Positions 37,208 to 47,040 are shown, counted from the stretch's first letter. The stretch: DNA of 54,116 nt from a virus (IMGVR_UViG_3300027898_000011:1-54116); one strand, 5' to 3'. Notes: generated from the sequence alone by a model not told the origin. Program-made: numbers and translations.

Positions 37208-37966
37208 TTAGCCAACGTCAGCGTAAGACACTTCGTAAATGTTACCAGCCGCGTTAGCCGAAATGTTGAAGTCCAATTCCGGCATCATGAAGTCGGTCAG
37301 TTTGAACGACTGCGCCAGCTTGGTGCAGATGACGTTATACAGGCGCAAGTAGTAAGACTTGCCCTGGAAAACGGTAACGTAATCAAGCTGGAACGTCGGA
37401 GCGTAACCGATAAGCTGGTTGTTAACGATCTGCGTCTGGCCACCGTCAGCGCTCACGGTGTCGTTATAGGCGTAGGACAGTTTGACCGCCGCACCCGCAT
37501 CGATTGAGTCGAACGTGTAGGTGCCATTGCTGCTGTAGTATTCACCAGCCGCGCCAAGCAGAGAAGCCGCGCCTTCCGCAATCAGCGGCAGGCCGGTGCC
37601 GCTATAGATAACGCCCAGATCGGAGTTAAACGTCGCGGCATGCGCGCCAGCCACCGTGTACGGAGAAGTGCCGGGCACCGTCGCAGCCTCGCCCAGCGAA
37701 GCTTTAAGCTGGCCCGCGCTAAACGTATTGCCATGGAAAATGTTTAGCGCCTGACCGCTAATAACAGCGGCCTTAGCCTTGCCTGTGCACTTGATCGTGC
37801 CACGGGCCACCGCCAGCGGATACTGGTAGGAGCCAAACAGTTCCTTGGTTTCGCCCGTCTCGTCGAGGCTAAATTCCTGAGCGTAGCCAATGTTAATCGG
37901 CGTCGGGTTGGTAATATCAGTGCGAGTAGCGTAGAGCGCGCCAGGACCGAAAACTGCGAAAGCCAT
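37208..37966 (-). CDS. major tail tube protein
   Basis: FG.G.L, KEL.G..Q.P.AVARG, K..DF..PE.DF; AAGGA RBS. Confidence 0.88.
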   Translation of the reverse strand: MAFAVFGPGALYATRTDITNPTPINIGYAQEFSLDETGETKELFGSYQYPLAVARGTIKCTGKAKAAVISGQALNIFHGNTFSAGQLKASLGEAATVPGTSPYTVAGAHAATFNSDLGVIYSGTGLPLIAEGAASLLGAAGEYYSSNGTYTFDSIDAGAAVKLSYAYNDTVSADGGQTQIVNNQLIGYAPTFQLDYVTVFQGKSYYLRLYNVICTKLAQSFKLTDFMMPELDFNISANAAGNIYEVSYADVG

Positions 37967-38061
37967 GCCTGTATTCCTTCAACGGGTTGGTCGCGCCCTC
38001 CCGGCGCTACTTAGAAGCCTTTAAGCAATACTCGCATAGACGGGGTATTGCAATACCTTCA

Positions 38062-38514
38062 TTATGAAGAGCCTAACTGCCCCACCACAGCTATATGAAC
38101 CGGAACAAGACACACGACTTGGTCGCCCATTTCGCCTTGAGAATATGTGGCTTGGCCTTCGCGCCATGCGTGCTCAATCAAGTCTGGGTAGCCGAGAGTT
38201 TGGCGACCATCAAAGGTTGAGTTTGCCGCCAGCGCGGTATCTATCGCGTCCAGCAAGGGCAAAAACACATCTTCGGGGTAATCATCAACGCCGACCTTTG
38301 CGTAAAGCCAAAGTTCAACGTGCATCGTTACACGCTGCGGCAAGCCGTAAGCCGGTAGCGGTTCGTGCGTCTCGCCTACAAGGCGCTGGAAGATAGCGGG
38401 CTGCTCGATGGTGCTGGTCCAGGGCACCAGCCGCCTTTCTGCGGTCTTCCAAGCCGAAGAAGCGCTTACCAGGGAGAACAGAGCGTTTAATACGGTGGCT
38501 CGCTGCAAGGTCAT
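38062..38514 (-). CDS. tail terminator/completion protein
   Basis: QPA, LLDAI..AL.....QTLG; gene position. Confidence 0.75.
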   Translation of the reverse strand: MTLQRATVLNALFSLVSASSAWKTAERRLVPWTSTIEQPAIFQRLVGETHEPLPAYGLPQRVTMHVELWLYAKVGVDDYPEDVFLPLLDAIDTALAANSTFDGRQTLGYPDLIEHAWREGQATYSQGEMGDQVVCLVPVHIAVVGQLGSS

Positions 38515-39005
38515 TCTGTAGCCTCCACGGCTGCGTTAACTGCGGCTTCGGCAGCGTCCAAAAAGGGCGCTCCTAGTTGCTCTAAAGGCGCGCGCAGGAA
38601 CATCTGAGCCGCTATATTAGATTGCCGGGTGTAGGCCCCCACCAGCACCTGCATAGGCGCTATGTAATGACCGTAAACGGTGCGAAGCGTGCGCCCGGCT
38701 TTTTCTTTAACTTGAATGCCTTTATTTGAGCCGTATTCAAGCGCGACGGCTTGCAGAATCTTGGCCCGATCTTTGCCCGCGACGTTAACCCAGCCGCGCA
38801 CGCGGTTAGGGCCGTTTTCCACGCCCCCGTCTACGGTACTGGCCAAAGCGCCTGTTTTAACCGGTATCTTGTCGGCTACGGCAGATTGTAGTTGCTGCTG
38901 AAAATCTGTTACGACTTCCAGCAGCTTATCGTGCGCTATGTCGGGAAAAGTCTCAAAGCGTAGCGCTACGCGGCGTTCGCCTATAACTTTTACGCCTATT
39001 TGCAT
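38511..39005 (-). CDS. HK97 gp10-like tail completion protein
   Basis: PVKTG.L, EYG, FLR motifs. Confidence 0.8.
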   Translation of the reverse strand: MQIGVKVIGERRVALRFETFPDIAHDKLLEVVTDFQQQLQSAVADKIPVKTGALASTVDGGVENGPNRVRGWVNVAGKDRAKILQAVALEYGSNKGIQVKEKAGRTLRTVYGHYIAPMQVLVGAYTRQSNIAAQMFLRAPLEQLGAPFLDAAEAAVNAAVEATE

Positions 39006-39706
39006 TACTGCACCGTAGGAACGCGGTACTTCGCCAGAAGCTCGGTTATCTCTGGCTCAAATTGCGTTTCTTTTGCACTCGGAATCCAATAAACTTGACG
39101 GCCCAAACCGGGCTGTTCGTTTTCCTTAAGCATGGGGTCGCGTTTCCGGCCCTGGTAAGCTCCCGCGATCCAAAGAAGAATTGCTTGCTCGAGGTCAGAA
39201 GGTATGGTTGCGTAACCGGCTTGGTAAGTGACGGCGGTGGGGGCTCCGTCCCAATTTGTCGGAAAAGTTGTCCAGACGTTTAGACGAATTAGCTCACCAT
39301 TTTTGGCGTCAAGGTAATAGTCGGTTCCGGCAGTAAGCGTTTGAGTATAGCCGTTGCCCTGATTGACCGACACGCTCGTTACGCTAATTACCGGCCAGCG
39401 AGTTAAACGAAGAGGGGCCACAACCCCAGGCACCTGATACGGATAGGCATCTGATTGCAGCCAGATTTGATCCTGCACCGTCTCAGGCGGAAAAACTCGG
39501 TTACAATAATTAGAAAAAGCCGCCGAGCCACGAGTAATTGCCCGGCCAATCCAGACGTCTTGGCTTGTGTCGGAGTCAGGAATACCTAGCTCGTTTTTGA
39601 CCACTTCTAGCGTTGTTAAATCGTATGGATTGGCTACGGTGGTGCCTTCGGCAGTCATAGCTCCCGTGGCGGGCGTAACAACAGTAGTTGTGATCGTCTG
39701 GCGCAT
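39005..39706 (-). CDS. head-tail connector (gp6-like adaptor)
   Basis: LTTL..VK..L.I....D, YC.R.F, L...PV.SV.SV, V.Y.AGY..IP.DL..A, L..YR. Confidence 0.82.
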   Translation of the reverse strand: MRQTITTTVVTPATGAMTAEGTTVANPYDLTTLEVVKNELGIPDSDTSQDVWIGRAITRGSAAFSNYCNRVFPPETVQDQIWLQSDAYPYQVPGVVAPLRLTRWPVISVTSVSVNQGNGYTQTLTAGTDYYLDAKNGELIRLNVWTTFPTNWDGAPTAVTYQAGYATIPSDLEQAILLWIAGAYQGRKRDPMLKENEQPGLGRQVYWIPSAKETQFEPEITELLAKYRVPTVQ

Positions 39707-40029
39707 TAGTTAGTCATCACCGCGCACTGCTTATTGGCGGTGCCCACAACGGTAAAAGGCCCGCTGGTGAAAAAGCCGGTGACATAGCTGTTGAACACCC
39801 CGCCCGCCGCGCCCGCAGAGCCCGCAGGAGCCAGAGAGATTGTGCCGCTAGTGCTGGTGCCATCGGAAGCTTTCACGGCGGGCAAAACAATCGTCAGTGC
39901 CGTGGTGTCGAGGTTCTGCACATAAATGCCCTGACGGTAGGGCTCGGCGGTTACCGTGATAGTTCCGCCCGCAGACGTAGTGCCCGCCCCGTTCGTCCAG
40001 TCCGTAGGGACCGCCTTACCCTGCATCAT
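39706..40029 (-). CDS. hypothetical Thr/Gly-rich virion protein
   Basis: In the head module; coupled starts and stops. Confidence 0.7.
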   Translation of the reverse strand: MMQGKAVPTDWTNGAGTTSAGGTITVTAEPYRQGIYVQNLDTTALTIVLPAVKASDGTSTSGTISLAPAGSAGAAGGVFNSYVTGFFTSGPFTVVGTANKQCAVMTN

Positions 40030-40238
40030 TACTTTTTACCCCTTACTTTTGTGAGGTATTCGCCAGTCAGCTTCAGCAGACCGGGCTTGTCGGGCACTTC
40101 GCCTTGGCCACGAACGTAGCTAACTGCGTCCTTGCCTTCGCCACTCGCCACAATACTGTCGGCCACCGCATCTGGCAAGGGGACTCTATCCCCGCTGCGC
40201 CAGGGCCGCATGTCTTTAGTTAGAGTTACCATTTTCAT
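40029..40238 (-). CDS. small head-module protein
   Basis: GD.V...D..A..... G pattern; GAGG RBS. Confidence 0.7.
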   Translation of the reverse strand: MKMVTLTKDMRPWRSGDRVPLPDAVADSIVASGEGKDAVSYVRGQGEVPDKPGLLKLTGEYLTKVRGKK

Positions 40239-41613
40239 TGGGTGCCTCAAAAATTTCTGTGATGGAGCCCGAATAGGAATGCGAACCTACGTGAGTCAGC
40301 GCAATCTCAGGGTCAATCCAAACACTATTGCCTAGACTACGCCACGTATTGCAAAAATGATAGTCCTCGCCTACGCACTCGCCGTTAGGGCCATCAGCAA
40401 AGCGAAAATAATCATAAAACTGCTCGCCTACCCGTTCCGACATATGCGCGAGGGGGCGGCGTTTACGGTGGGGTTCAGCGGCAGCGATCTTTTCAAAAGC
40501 TGAACGATCAATTTTAAGAAAGCCTGTTCCTACGCCGCCCACTTTGATCGCCCCGTGCGCGTCTGTTTCAAGGTCCTGGCCTTCAAACCAAGCGCACCAC
40601 ACGTTAGGGTCGGAGTTAGGCTTGTCAGTGCGCTTACGCCCGACCGCACCAATAACTTCGTGTTCCGAGGCCAGGAGGCGCAGCACGTCGTTAGGCACCC
40701 AGCCCATGTCGCTGTCGATAAACAACATCGTAGAGCAATCAGAAGCCATAAACTCGGCTACAAGCTCGTTACGAGCGCGAGGAAGGTTAGAGTTGCCGAT
40801 AACCATCTGGCACCGGTGATGCGCGCCAAAACGATCAAGCGTAATAGCGGTGTCCACCAAAGCCCGCACATACTGCCATGCGCAGTCCCTATAAACCGGC
40901 GTGCAGATCATCACAGAGGAACGATTAGCCCGGCTCATACGCCGGGCGTTTGGCTCTCGTGTGATAACCTGCTCCGCTTTAGCTACCGCTTCTTCAAGGC
41001 CCCCGTTTCTCAGCCATTCGTTAAAAACTCCCCTATCTTCGTCAAAACTGTCGTAAGCGATTTTGTAGGTCTTATCTTCCGGGGCTTTCCCGTTCGCTGC
41101 GTGGTTGTGTTCGACCAGAATGTTATTATGAAACGTCCAGTTTCCAAGCTTCCGGCCTAAGCGTTCCCACACATCGTCGCAGAAAGAATGCTTAGACCCC
41201 TTCAGTGCCCAGAACCCAATCGCCCGGAGTAAATCCCCGCCAAATACCACCGCGCCGTGCATGCGCGGTCCCGAATTGAAGTTATCCGCGCTGTTAGCGA
41301 ATCCATCTTTGCCTGCCGAGGCCACGAGAGTAGTGTCCCAGCCACGGGAACGCACAACAGAATCGTCTGAGATAAATCCATACCATTCCTCCGAGTACCA
41401 CCGGCTCAGGGCGTAGTTGAGCACGGCGCATACACCGACTCTATCGCTCAGCTTGTGGAGGTGCCAGCCCTCGGGCAGACGGAGCGTGTCGTAACGCGGA
41501 TCGGGGTCGCCGTCCACAATAACAACACCGGACGTAGAAACGCCCGACTCAAATAATGAGTCGAGCGTTTGTTGGCATCGCTCAGGACGCCCATAAGTCG
41601 GGAGAACCCACAT
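40216..41613 (-). CDS. two-domain GT-A (GT2-like) glycosyltransferase
   Basis: Domain 1: LPT.GRP, VIVD.D, ISDD; domain 2: ARN.L, LFIDSD, G.GF..I.R, GED..FC, H.G. Confidence 0.85.
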   Translation of the reverse strand: MWVLPTYGRPERCQQTLDSLFESGVSTSGVVIVDGDPDPRYDTLRLPEGWHLHKLSDRVGVCAVLNYALSRWYSEEWYGFISDDSVVRSRGWDTTLVASAGKDGFANSADNFNSGPRMHGAVVFGGDLLRAIGFWALKGSKHSFCDDVWERLGRKLGNWTFHNNILVEHNHAANGKAPEDKTYKIAYDSFDEDRGVFNEWLRNGGLEEAVAKAEQVITREPNARRMSRANRSSVMICTPVYRDCAWQYVRALVDTAITLDRFGAHHRCQMVIGNSNLPRARNELVAEFMASDCSTMLFIDSDMGWVPNDVLRLLASEHEVIGAVGRKRTDKPNSDPNVWCAWFEGQDLETDAHGAIKVGGVGTGFLKIDRSAFEKIAAAEPHRKRRPLAHMSERVGEQFYDYFRFADGPNGECVGEDYHFCNTWRSLGNSVWIDPEIALTHVGSHSYSGSITEIFEAPNENGNSN

Positions 41614-41622
41614 ACCCTACAA

Positions 41623-42096
41623 TTAGGTAGGCGAGGCCAGTCTGTCAAACCCTGCGAAGAAGCCCGTCGAAATTAAAGTGACGGTATCGGTGCCAATAGC
41701 GCTCAGCGTCGGGACCGTCAACAGGCGAACGTAGCGATATGCGCCCGTAAGGTTGACGTTAAAAGCCACCTGGCCTTGCACCGCGCCACCGCCGCTCGGG
41801 CCAGTAGCAGCCACGACAGCCGCCGAAGTGGCGAAGTCGGTAAAGGTGCTGTTATTCGTGCTGTGCTGAAGATCAAACGTCACCGACAGCGTCTTGCCAC
41901 TCTGCAACGTAGTGTCAAACAGCGCGGCAAACTCCGCAGAACGAGGCAGGGAGCCGCCAGAGAAGCCGCCACGGTCAATCGTCACGCCCGTAATGGTGGC
42001 GGTCGCACCGGCAGTCTGCGCGCCCGTGCCCGCAGGAGACATGCGGCGGGTCGTGCCCTCCGCACCAATATTCGTAACGTAAACAATATCAGCCAT
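41623..42096 (-). CDS. capsid-associated (decoration/head) protein
   Basis: Directly after the MCP; 'G..IDR.G...LQHS....F.D...RYVR' pattern; GGAGG RBS. Confidence 0.7.
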   Translation of the reverse strand: MADIVYVTNIGAEGTTRRMSPAGTGAQTAGATATITGVTIDRGGFSGGSLPRSAEFAALFDTTLQSGKTLSVTFDLQHSTNNSTFTDFATSAAVVAATGPSGGGAVQGQVAFNVNLTGAYRYVRLLTVPTLSAIGTDTVTLISTGFFAGFDRLASPT

Positions 42097-42115
42097 GGAT
42101 TCCTCCGAAAGTGAT

Positions 42116-42144
42116 GGTCAGGGACTTTCGTCCCCGACCTTTTT
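42116..42144. terminator. hairpin after the capsid gene (GGTCGGGGAC-GAAA-GTCCCTGACC on the - strand)
   Basis: Stem-loop visible, but the T tract is on the + strand, so it may be an mRNA stabiliser or an antisense terminator. Confidence 0.5.
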
Positions 42145-42162
42145 AACCTACCCGCGCCTCAA

Positions 42163-43539
42163 TTACGAGATAGCGGGAGCCCAGCGAACAAACTGCGCGA
42201 CAGCCACAGACGCATCATGGCGAATTTGGAAGTCGTGCTCAGCAATAGCGCGGATCAGCGTTTGGTCATTGCTGAAAGCGCTCTGCGTAGCGCCGCTGGC
42301 ATCGATATAGGTGCCGTCGCGGGACACAGCCAATTCAAGCTGCATCGAATCAAGGATCATCGTCTCGGACATTTCCGCGAGGAAGATGAACGAGCAATCC
42401 TGATTAGTGCCGGTCGCATCCCAGATGTTAATCGGAATCTGGGTGCTGCAACGGAACGGATAACCCAGCAGCTTGCCCTGGTTAATTTCGTCACGATACA
42501 CGTAAACGCCCAGGCTGTTCTGCACATTGTACAAGTAGTTCTTCGTCCGAGGATGGAAGAACCAAACGCGCTTAATGTCCGGAACGTTTGCGGTATCCAG
42601 CTTGTTCATCAAGCCGCCGAGTTCCTGAGCGGCGGTGGACAGCGTGTAGGTGCCGTTCGAGGTAATCCAGTTGCCGCCAGAAGCCGCAGTGGAGTTAGCG
42701 CCCGTGTTCCACACGCCCGCCGTGCCGCCGTTGGCGGTGGCGTAGCCGTTGGCAAAGGACGTATAGCCGCGCGGCGTATTCTGCGTGCCGTCGCCCAGCA
42801 AGAAAGCGAGGTCTTCGCGCAAGGCGATGATCTTAACCAAGTCGTCTCGCACGAAAGCGTCAACCGCCGGATCGGCGTAGCGCATCATGTCGTTAGTCAC
42901 CGGAACCAGCGCGGTCAGCTTCTTGTAGCTGGCCACAATCTGATTCAGGGTTTGCTGAGACGAACCAATCGTAACCAGTTCGTTACCGTAGGACGCGGTG
43001 GCCGCAGACGCCTGACCCGGCAGAGTCATGGTGCCGCGCGGCATCGGGAGCACACGGGGACCGGCATTACGAACCTGCGCCATAGGACGCAACAGTTCGA
43101 TAATCTCGTTCATGTAGTCGGGCGGAATGATGAAACCACCGGCAGAGCCCGTGGAAGCGTTCAGCGCACGAGTAACAGGGTGGTTTTCGCCATAAAGCTC
43201 GGCAGCCTCGACGCGAGACGCGCGCAGATTACCGTTGCCCAGGCCGACCATCTTAGCGATGCCGCCGAGAACCAGAGTGCGGTCCTTAACGTAACGATCA
43301 TTTTCCACAGTGGCGGGCACCGTAGACGACTGACCAGCAACCGGCTGAGCGGAAGCGGCGGACATTTCGCGCGCCTTGCTAACGCGCTCAATCTGGCCAT
43401 CAAGCGACTTAATCTCGGTTTCCAGCGCGGAAAAACGAGCTTCCTGCTCGGTCGTCAGCGTGGCGCTTTCCGCCAAGCTAGCGAACTCCGTGTAAGCCTT
43501 TTCACGCTGATTGCGGAGGTCCGCTACTTTAATAGTCAT
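42163..43539 (-). CDS. major capsid protein, HK97 fold with N-terminal delta domain
   Basis: Coiled-coil N-terminus, GG..IP......IIE.LR, FL.GDG...P.G, L.G.P; AAGGAG RBS. Confidence 0.95.
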   Translation of the reverse strand: MTIKVADLRNQREKAYTEFASLAESATLTTEQEARFSALETEIKSLDGQIERVSKAREMSAASAQPVAGQSSTVPATVENDRYVKDRTLVLGGIAKMVGLGNGNLRASRVEAAELYGENHPVTRALNASTGSAGGFIIPPDYMNEIIELLRPMAQVRNAGPRVLPMPRGTMTLPGQASAATASYGNELVTIGSSQQTLNQIVASYKKLTALVPVTNDMMRYADPAVDAFVRDDLVKIIALREDLAFLLGDGTQNTPRGYTSFANGYATANGGTAGVWNTGANSTAASGGNWITSNGTYTLSTAAQELGGLMNKLDTANVPDIKRVWFFHPRTKNYLYNVQNSLGVYVYRDEINQGKLLGYPFRCSTQIPINIWDATGTNQDCSFIFLAEMSETMILDSMQLELAVSRDGTYIDASGATQSAFSNDQTLIRAIAEHDFQIRHDASVAVAQFVRWAPAIS

Positions 43540-43634
43540 GGAAGCTAGGCTCCTTCAAGTGGGATTGTGGCCTGTCGTCTCGACGGTCACTAAGTCAGCC
43601 TTGCCCAAGGGCCGATTTGGGCTAGTAGCGAACC

Positions 43635-44891
43635 TTAAGCTCTCGAAACTTTGAGCATTCGGGCACGCTGCATACGTTGCTCTTTTGTAAGCGGGGTGTC
43701 AATACCCTTCTTAGAGGTAGTGCCTTCCTCTCCGATTACACCGTCGCTGTCGGTGGTGCGAATGTTTTCGTCCTGAGTAGAACTGCCTTCTTCAGGCATT
43801 AGCTCAGCCATGGATTTCATGCACTTGCTGTGCATCATCAGCGCGCCGCTTAGTGCTTCGTGGCTATCCATAGCGCTGCGAATTACCGGTGCGGCGTCAC
43901 CGGGAACGACCCCGGGAGTCGCGGCGGCCTTGGTCATGCCTTCCGGCATGCACATTTCTTCCATGTCTTTCATGCACTTGGCATGAACTTTGTGCATCGC
44001 CATGACAGCGTTATGCGTGTCCATTGCGTCACCGATTTTTTCGGCGGTGGCTTTGGAAACGGCACGTCCTGCCTTGGACACAACTACGCCTGCGCGGAAC
44101 TTGCGGATCGCCGGGTTAGTGGACTTACCGGTGCCGTCTGGTACTTCTACGTCCGCGTGCGCATCTACCTGGGCGAGCATTTCGCCCACTTCTTCCTGCG
44201 TCATGGCCAGAAGCGCTTCGCCTGCCATGTGGATAAGCTCAGCCAGCTTGCCCGGAAGCTCGCTATCGTCGCCCTCCATTTCCTTTTCCCAAACGGATTC
44301 ACAGTGCATCCATCCAAGCTCGTTAAGCAACTGCGCGAAATCGCCTACTTGATACAGACCCTTGAAAGCCAGCTTCGGGAGTTCTTTGGCCATAACTTTT
44401 ACCTCGGGGGAAGCGCCCTCTTGGGCTTTTGATTTTTCCGTTACCCGGGCGTCAGAATTAGCCGGGATCGACACCACACTCAATTCAAACAGAACGCTCT
44501 TGTTATAACGCTGCGGCCCGCGAGGGCGGGAAGGATCGATGGGGGTGGCGTCTTCGGGTTGAAAACCGATAGAGAACGATTTAACCACCCCTTCTTTAAT
44601 AAGAGCGTAGGCTTCTTTGGCTTTTTGACTGGCGTTAACCGCAATCTTGACGGTGCCGCAGAGTTTGCCGCCGACCACACCTATTTCCGTTACCGTTCCA
44701 ATCGGGTGTAGGGGGTCATGGTTCCATAACAAAATAGGATTCTGCATAAACTGAGTAAGGTCAATGCCTTCTTGCAGAACCACGTCACCCATTTCGTCTA
44801 CATTAGGAGACGAAAAGACACCTTTGACCACGCCTTCTTCAAGCGCTTCAAGGCCACCCGGGGCGGTAAGAAGTTTACGAACCAGAGACAT
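43635..44891 (-). CDS. HK97-type prohead protease with long C-terminal extension
   Basis: D..GD, NP.LLWNH, PIG, SIGF, L.E.SVV.IPAN..A. Confidence 0.92.
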   Translation of the reverse strand: MSLVRKLLTAPGGLEALEEGVVKGVFSSPNVDEMGDVVLQEGIDLTQFMQNPILLWNHDPLHPIGTVTEIGVVGGKLCGTVKIAVNASQKAKEAYALIKEGVVKSFSIGFQPEDATPIDPSRPRGPQRYNKSVLFELSVVSIPANSDARVTEKSKAQEGASPEVKVMAKELPKLAFKGLYQVGDFAQLLNELGWMHCESVWEKEMEGDDSELPGKLAELIHMAGEALLAMTQEEVGEMLAQVDAHADVEVPDGTGKSTNPAIRKFRAGVVVSKAGRAVSKATAEKIGDAMDTHNAVMAMHKVHAKCMKDMEEMCMPEGMTKAAATPGVVPGDAAPVIRSAMDSHEALSGALMMHSKCMKSMAELMPEEGSSTQDENIRTTDSDGVIGEEGTTSKKGIDTPLTKEQRMQRARMLKVSRA

Positions 44892-44917
44892 ACCGGTTAT
44901 TCCTATCAGAACGCTTT

Positions 44918-45130
44918 TTACTGCGCAATACCGCGCCGCAATCTATCTGAAGGCGAGGCCATTACGCATTCTACCTTGTCCACCCGGTAGTTAGGGTGCG
45001 CGTCATGAAACACCGCAATAAGACGAGTTGCTTCCGTATCACAAGCTGTTTCTGTTTCGATATATTCTGTTACGCGATCGGTTTTACCTGAATGCAAGTT
45101 TAACATGAATATGACGAGCAAGAATTTCAT
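44918..45130 (-). CDS. small hypothetical protein
   Basis: TAATG overlap with the portal stop; hydrophobic N-terminus; AT-rich. Confidence 0.6.
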   Translation of the reverse strand: MKFLLVIFMLNLHSGKTDRVTEYIETETACDTEATRLIAVFHDAHPNYRVDKVECVMASPSDRLRRGIAQ

Positions 45131-46488
45131 TAGCTTTGATCCGGTGTGTCGTTATCGTCCACTGGTTTTGATCCGGGCTGCTCGCCGCCCGTAGATAATC
45201 CCGGGTTCGGTGCGTTGCCGCCCGCTGGCCTGCCGCCCCCGTCCGCTCCGGTGCCCGTCATATCCGAGCCTAGGGCCGCCGTGTTAGAAGGCACCAGCAG
45301 TTCGTCCGCCATCGGTGCGTCTTTGGGCGGCAGCCCTTCGGCCTTGCGCGCCTCGTTCGGCGTCAAAATACCCGAGGTAACGCCGATGCGATAAGTATTG
45401 TAGCGGGTAAGAATGTCTGCGCGTAACAGGCGGCTAATGTCGAACTCAACGCCCAGGCCCTCGTCTTGCAGGCCAAGGCTTTTAGCCAAGATTGCTTCCC
45501 ATCTGTCGAGGTCTGGGGCCACTGTGTTGTTTGCATAGTCTTGATCCTGTTGCGGAATGTTCATAGACGCTGCACGGTCGGCCACCGCGACCTTGTGCGG
45601 GGGCACACGGAAAAAACGGCAAACGTCCAGCACGGACATTTCCCGTTGAGCAATGAACTGAAGGTCAACCGAGCTAAGTTGAAGCTGCTTCCATTGGATG
45701 CCGTCTTCCAGCACGGCGGTCCCGCCGACGTTCTGGATGCCTCCCACAAAGTCTTGCCACGCCTGTTTAAGGCGGTTGGCCGCTTCGGCGGTCAGAACCT
45801 TGTCCGACATAAGGACGCCAGACGGGCGGGCACCGTTACCCACCCAGCGGCTAGCCTGCTGGCTCAGGCCCATATCTAGGCCGATGGTGTCGCGGGCTAG
45901 GCCGATGGTAGAGACGGCCACCAGGGCGTTAAACGACAAACCCCGGATATGCAGAATGTCTTCCGATGGGATGGCCACCGGAAACGGCTCTAGCATGGCG
46001 GTCTGCCATAGACCGATACGATTGACGTTATAGAACCAAGAGCCGTCAGCGGCTTCTAGGACCATAACAGCGTCTGGATTGATCGGAATCAGACGGATAG
46101 GGTCGCCCTTGCTGTTGCGAATGATCGCGGCATAGGCGTTACCCCGAAGCAGATAACCCGTGTGCATCTGCTCGACAAACTCGAACCATGTCTGAGGAAG
46201 GTTGGGGTTTTCAAATAGTTTTGCTACCGGATGGTCTTTGACGTAGACCTTAGTTCCGTCAGCTTGCATTTTATACAGTTTGGGAGCGCAACGAGCTACG
46301 TCTAACGCACGACGAGTAACACAGGCGTAGACGGTGGGGACCGTCATCGCTGTGGACTGGCTGATTTGCAAGCCGCTGGCGGAAGACACCGACCCTAGAG
46401 GCGGTATCATACCGTAAGATGGAACAGAAGCGCTGCTACGTGTTACGGTGGGGGCGAAGCCGCGCGCTACGCGATCAAATAGACCCAC
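45130..46488 (-). CDS. portal protein, HK97 family
   Basis: VYACV, L.GNAY, ILHIR, NG.RP.G, LE.G..., F.VPP, T.NE.R...GLPP. Confidence 0.95.
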   Translation of the reverse strand: MGLFDRVARGFAPTVTRSSASVPSYGMIPPLGSVSSASGLQISQSTAMTVPTVYACVTRRALDVARCAPKLYKMQADGTKVYVKDHPVAKLFENPNLPQTWFEFVEQMHTGYLLRGNAYAAIIRNSKGDPIRLIPINPDAVMVLEAADGSWFYNVNRIGLWQTAMLEPFPVAIPSEDILHIRGLSFNALVAVSTIGLARDTIGLDMGLSQQASRWVGNGARPSGVLMSDKVLTAEAANRLKQAWQDFVGGIQNVGGTAVLEDGIQWKQLQLSSVDLQFIAQREMSVLDVCRFFRVPPHKVAVADRAASMNIPQQDQDYANNTVAPDLDRWEAILAKSLGLQDEGLGVEFDISRLLRADILTRYNTYRIGVTSGILTPNEARKAEGLPPKDAPMADELLVPSNTAALGSDMTGTGADGGGRPAGGNAPNPGLSTGGEQPGSKPVDDNDTPDQS

Positions 46489-46503
46489 TAAACCCTGCCT
46501 TTG

Positions 46504-46698
46504 TTACGTCTGCTCCGACCGCGCCATAAGGAACGCGACACCTGCAAGCAGCACCCCGGCGACGATAAAGCCAGCGGGAGGGTAAGTCAACCACGCACCG
46601 TAAGAAATACTAGCCATACCAGCAAGCCCGGTTAAGTCTCGTAACAAAACAAGAAACATTGACCAAACCGAACCAATAAACCGTCCAAACTTTTTCAT
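46504..46698 (-). CDS. small two-TM protein preceding the portal
   Basis: G....SYG.W..YPP.G.I.AG; AGGAG RBS. Confidence 0.75.
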   Translation of the reverse strand: MKKFGRFIGSVWSMFLVLLRDLTGLAGMASISYGAWLTYPPAGFIVAGVLLAGVAFLMARSEQT

Positions 46699-46712
46699 GC
46701 TTACTCCTAGTT

Positions 46713-46795
46713 TGGTGCCCGTGGAGGGACTTGAACCCCCACTCCGAAAAAGCGGAGCTTAAATCCGCTGCGTCTACCAATTCCGCCACACGGGC
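46713..46795 (-). tRNA. trnL: tRNA-Leu(TAA)
   Basis: Cloverleaf; GCGGA-TTTAAGC-TCCGC anticodon arm; variable arm; encoded CCA. Confidence 0.93.
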
Positions 46796-46799
46796 TCTC

Positions 46800-46873
46800 T
46801 GGTTCCGGGGGCTGGATTTGAACCAACATAACAAAGACCAAAGCCTTGTGTCCTACCATTAGACGACCCCGGA
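46800..46873 (-). tRNA. trnQ: tRNA-Gln(TTG)
   Basis: CAAGG-CTTTGGT-CTTTG; GTTCAAATC; CCA. Confidence 0.9.
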
Positions 46874-46878
46874 ATATC

Positions 46879-46954
46879 TGGACCCCCAGACAGGACTCGA
46901 ACCTGCATCCTCCGAACTAGAAAATCAGCGCTCGCCCAGTTGAGCTACTGAGGG
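46879..46954 (-). tRNA. trnR: tRNA-Arg(TCT)
   Basis: CTGAT-TTTCTAG-TTCGG (weak stem); GTTCGAGTC; CCA. Confidence 0.82.
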
Positions 46955-46959
46955 TAAGC

Positions 46960-47035
46960 TGGCGTCCCTTGCAGGAGTCGAACCTACGTTTGCCCCCTGA
47001 GAAGGGGCTGTCCTAAGCCGCTAGACGAAAGGGAC
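46960..47035 (-). tRNA. trnE: tRNA-Glu(CTC)
   Basis: GCCCC-TTCTCAG-GGGGC; GTTCGACTC; CCA. Confidence 0.92.
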
Positions 47036-47040
47036 TAACT

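Noticed and set aside
42217-43548. 443-aa ORF antisense to the major capsid gene
   Set aside because: Codon-aligned shadow ORF expected from the biased codon usage of a highly expressed gene; no recognisable motif
46879-46954. Possible amber suppressor tRNA (CTA in the loop)
   Set aside because: Stem register places TCT at 34-36; TAG is used as an ordinary stop in several genes, with no sign of recoding
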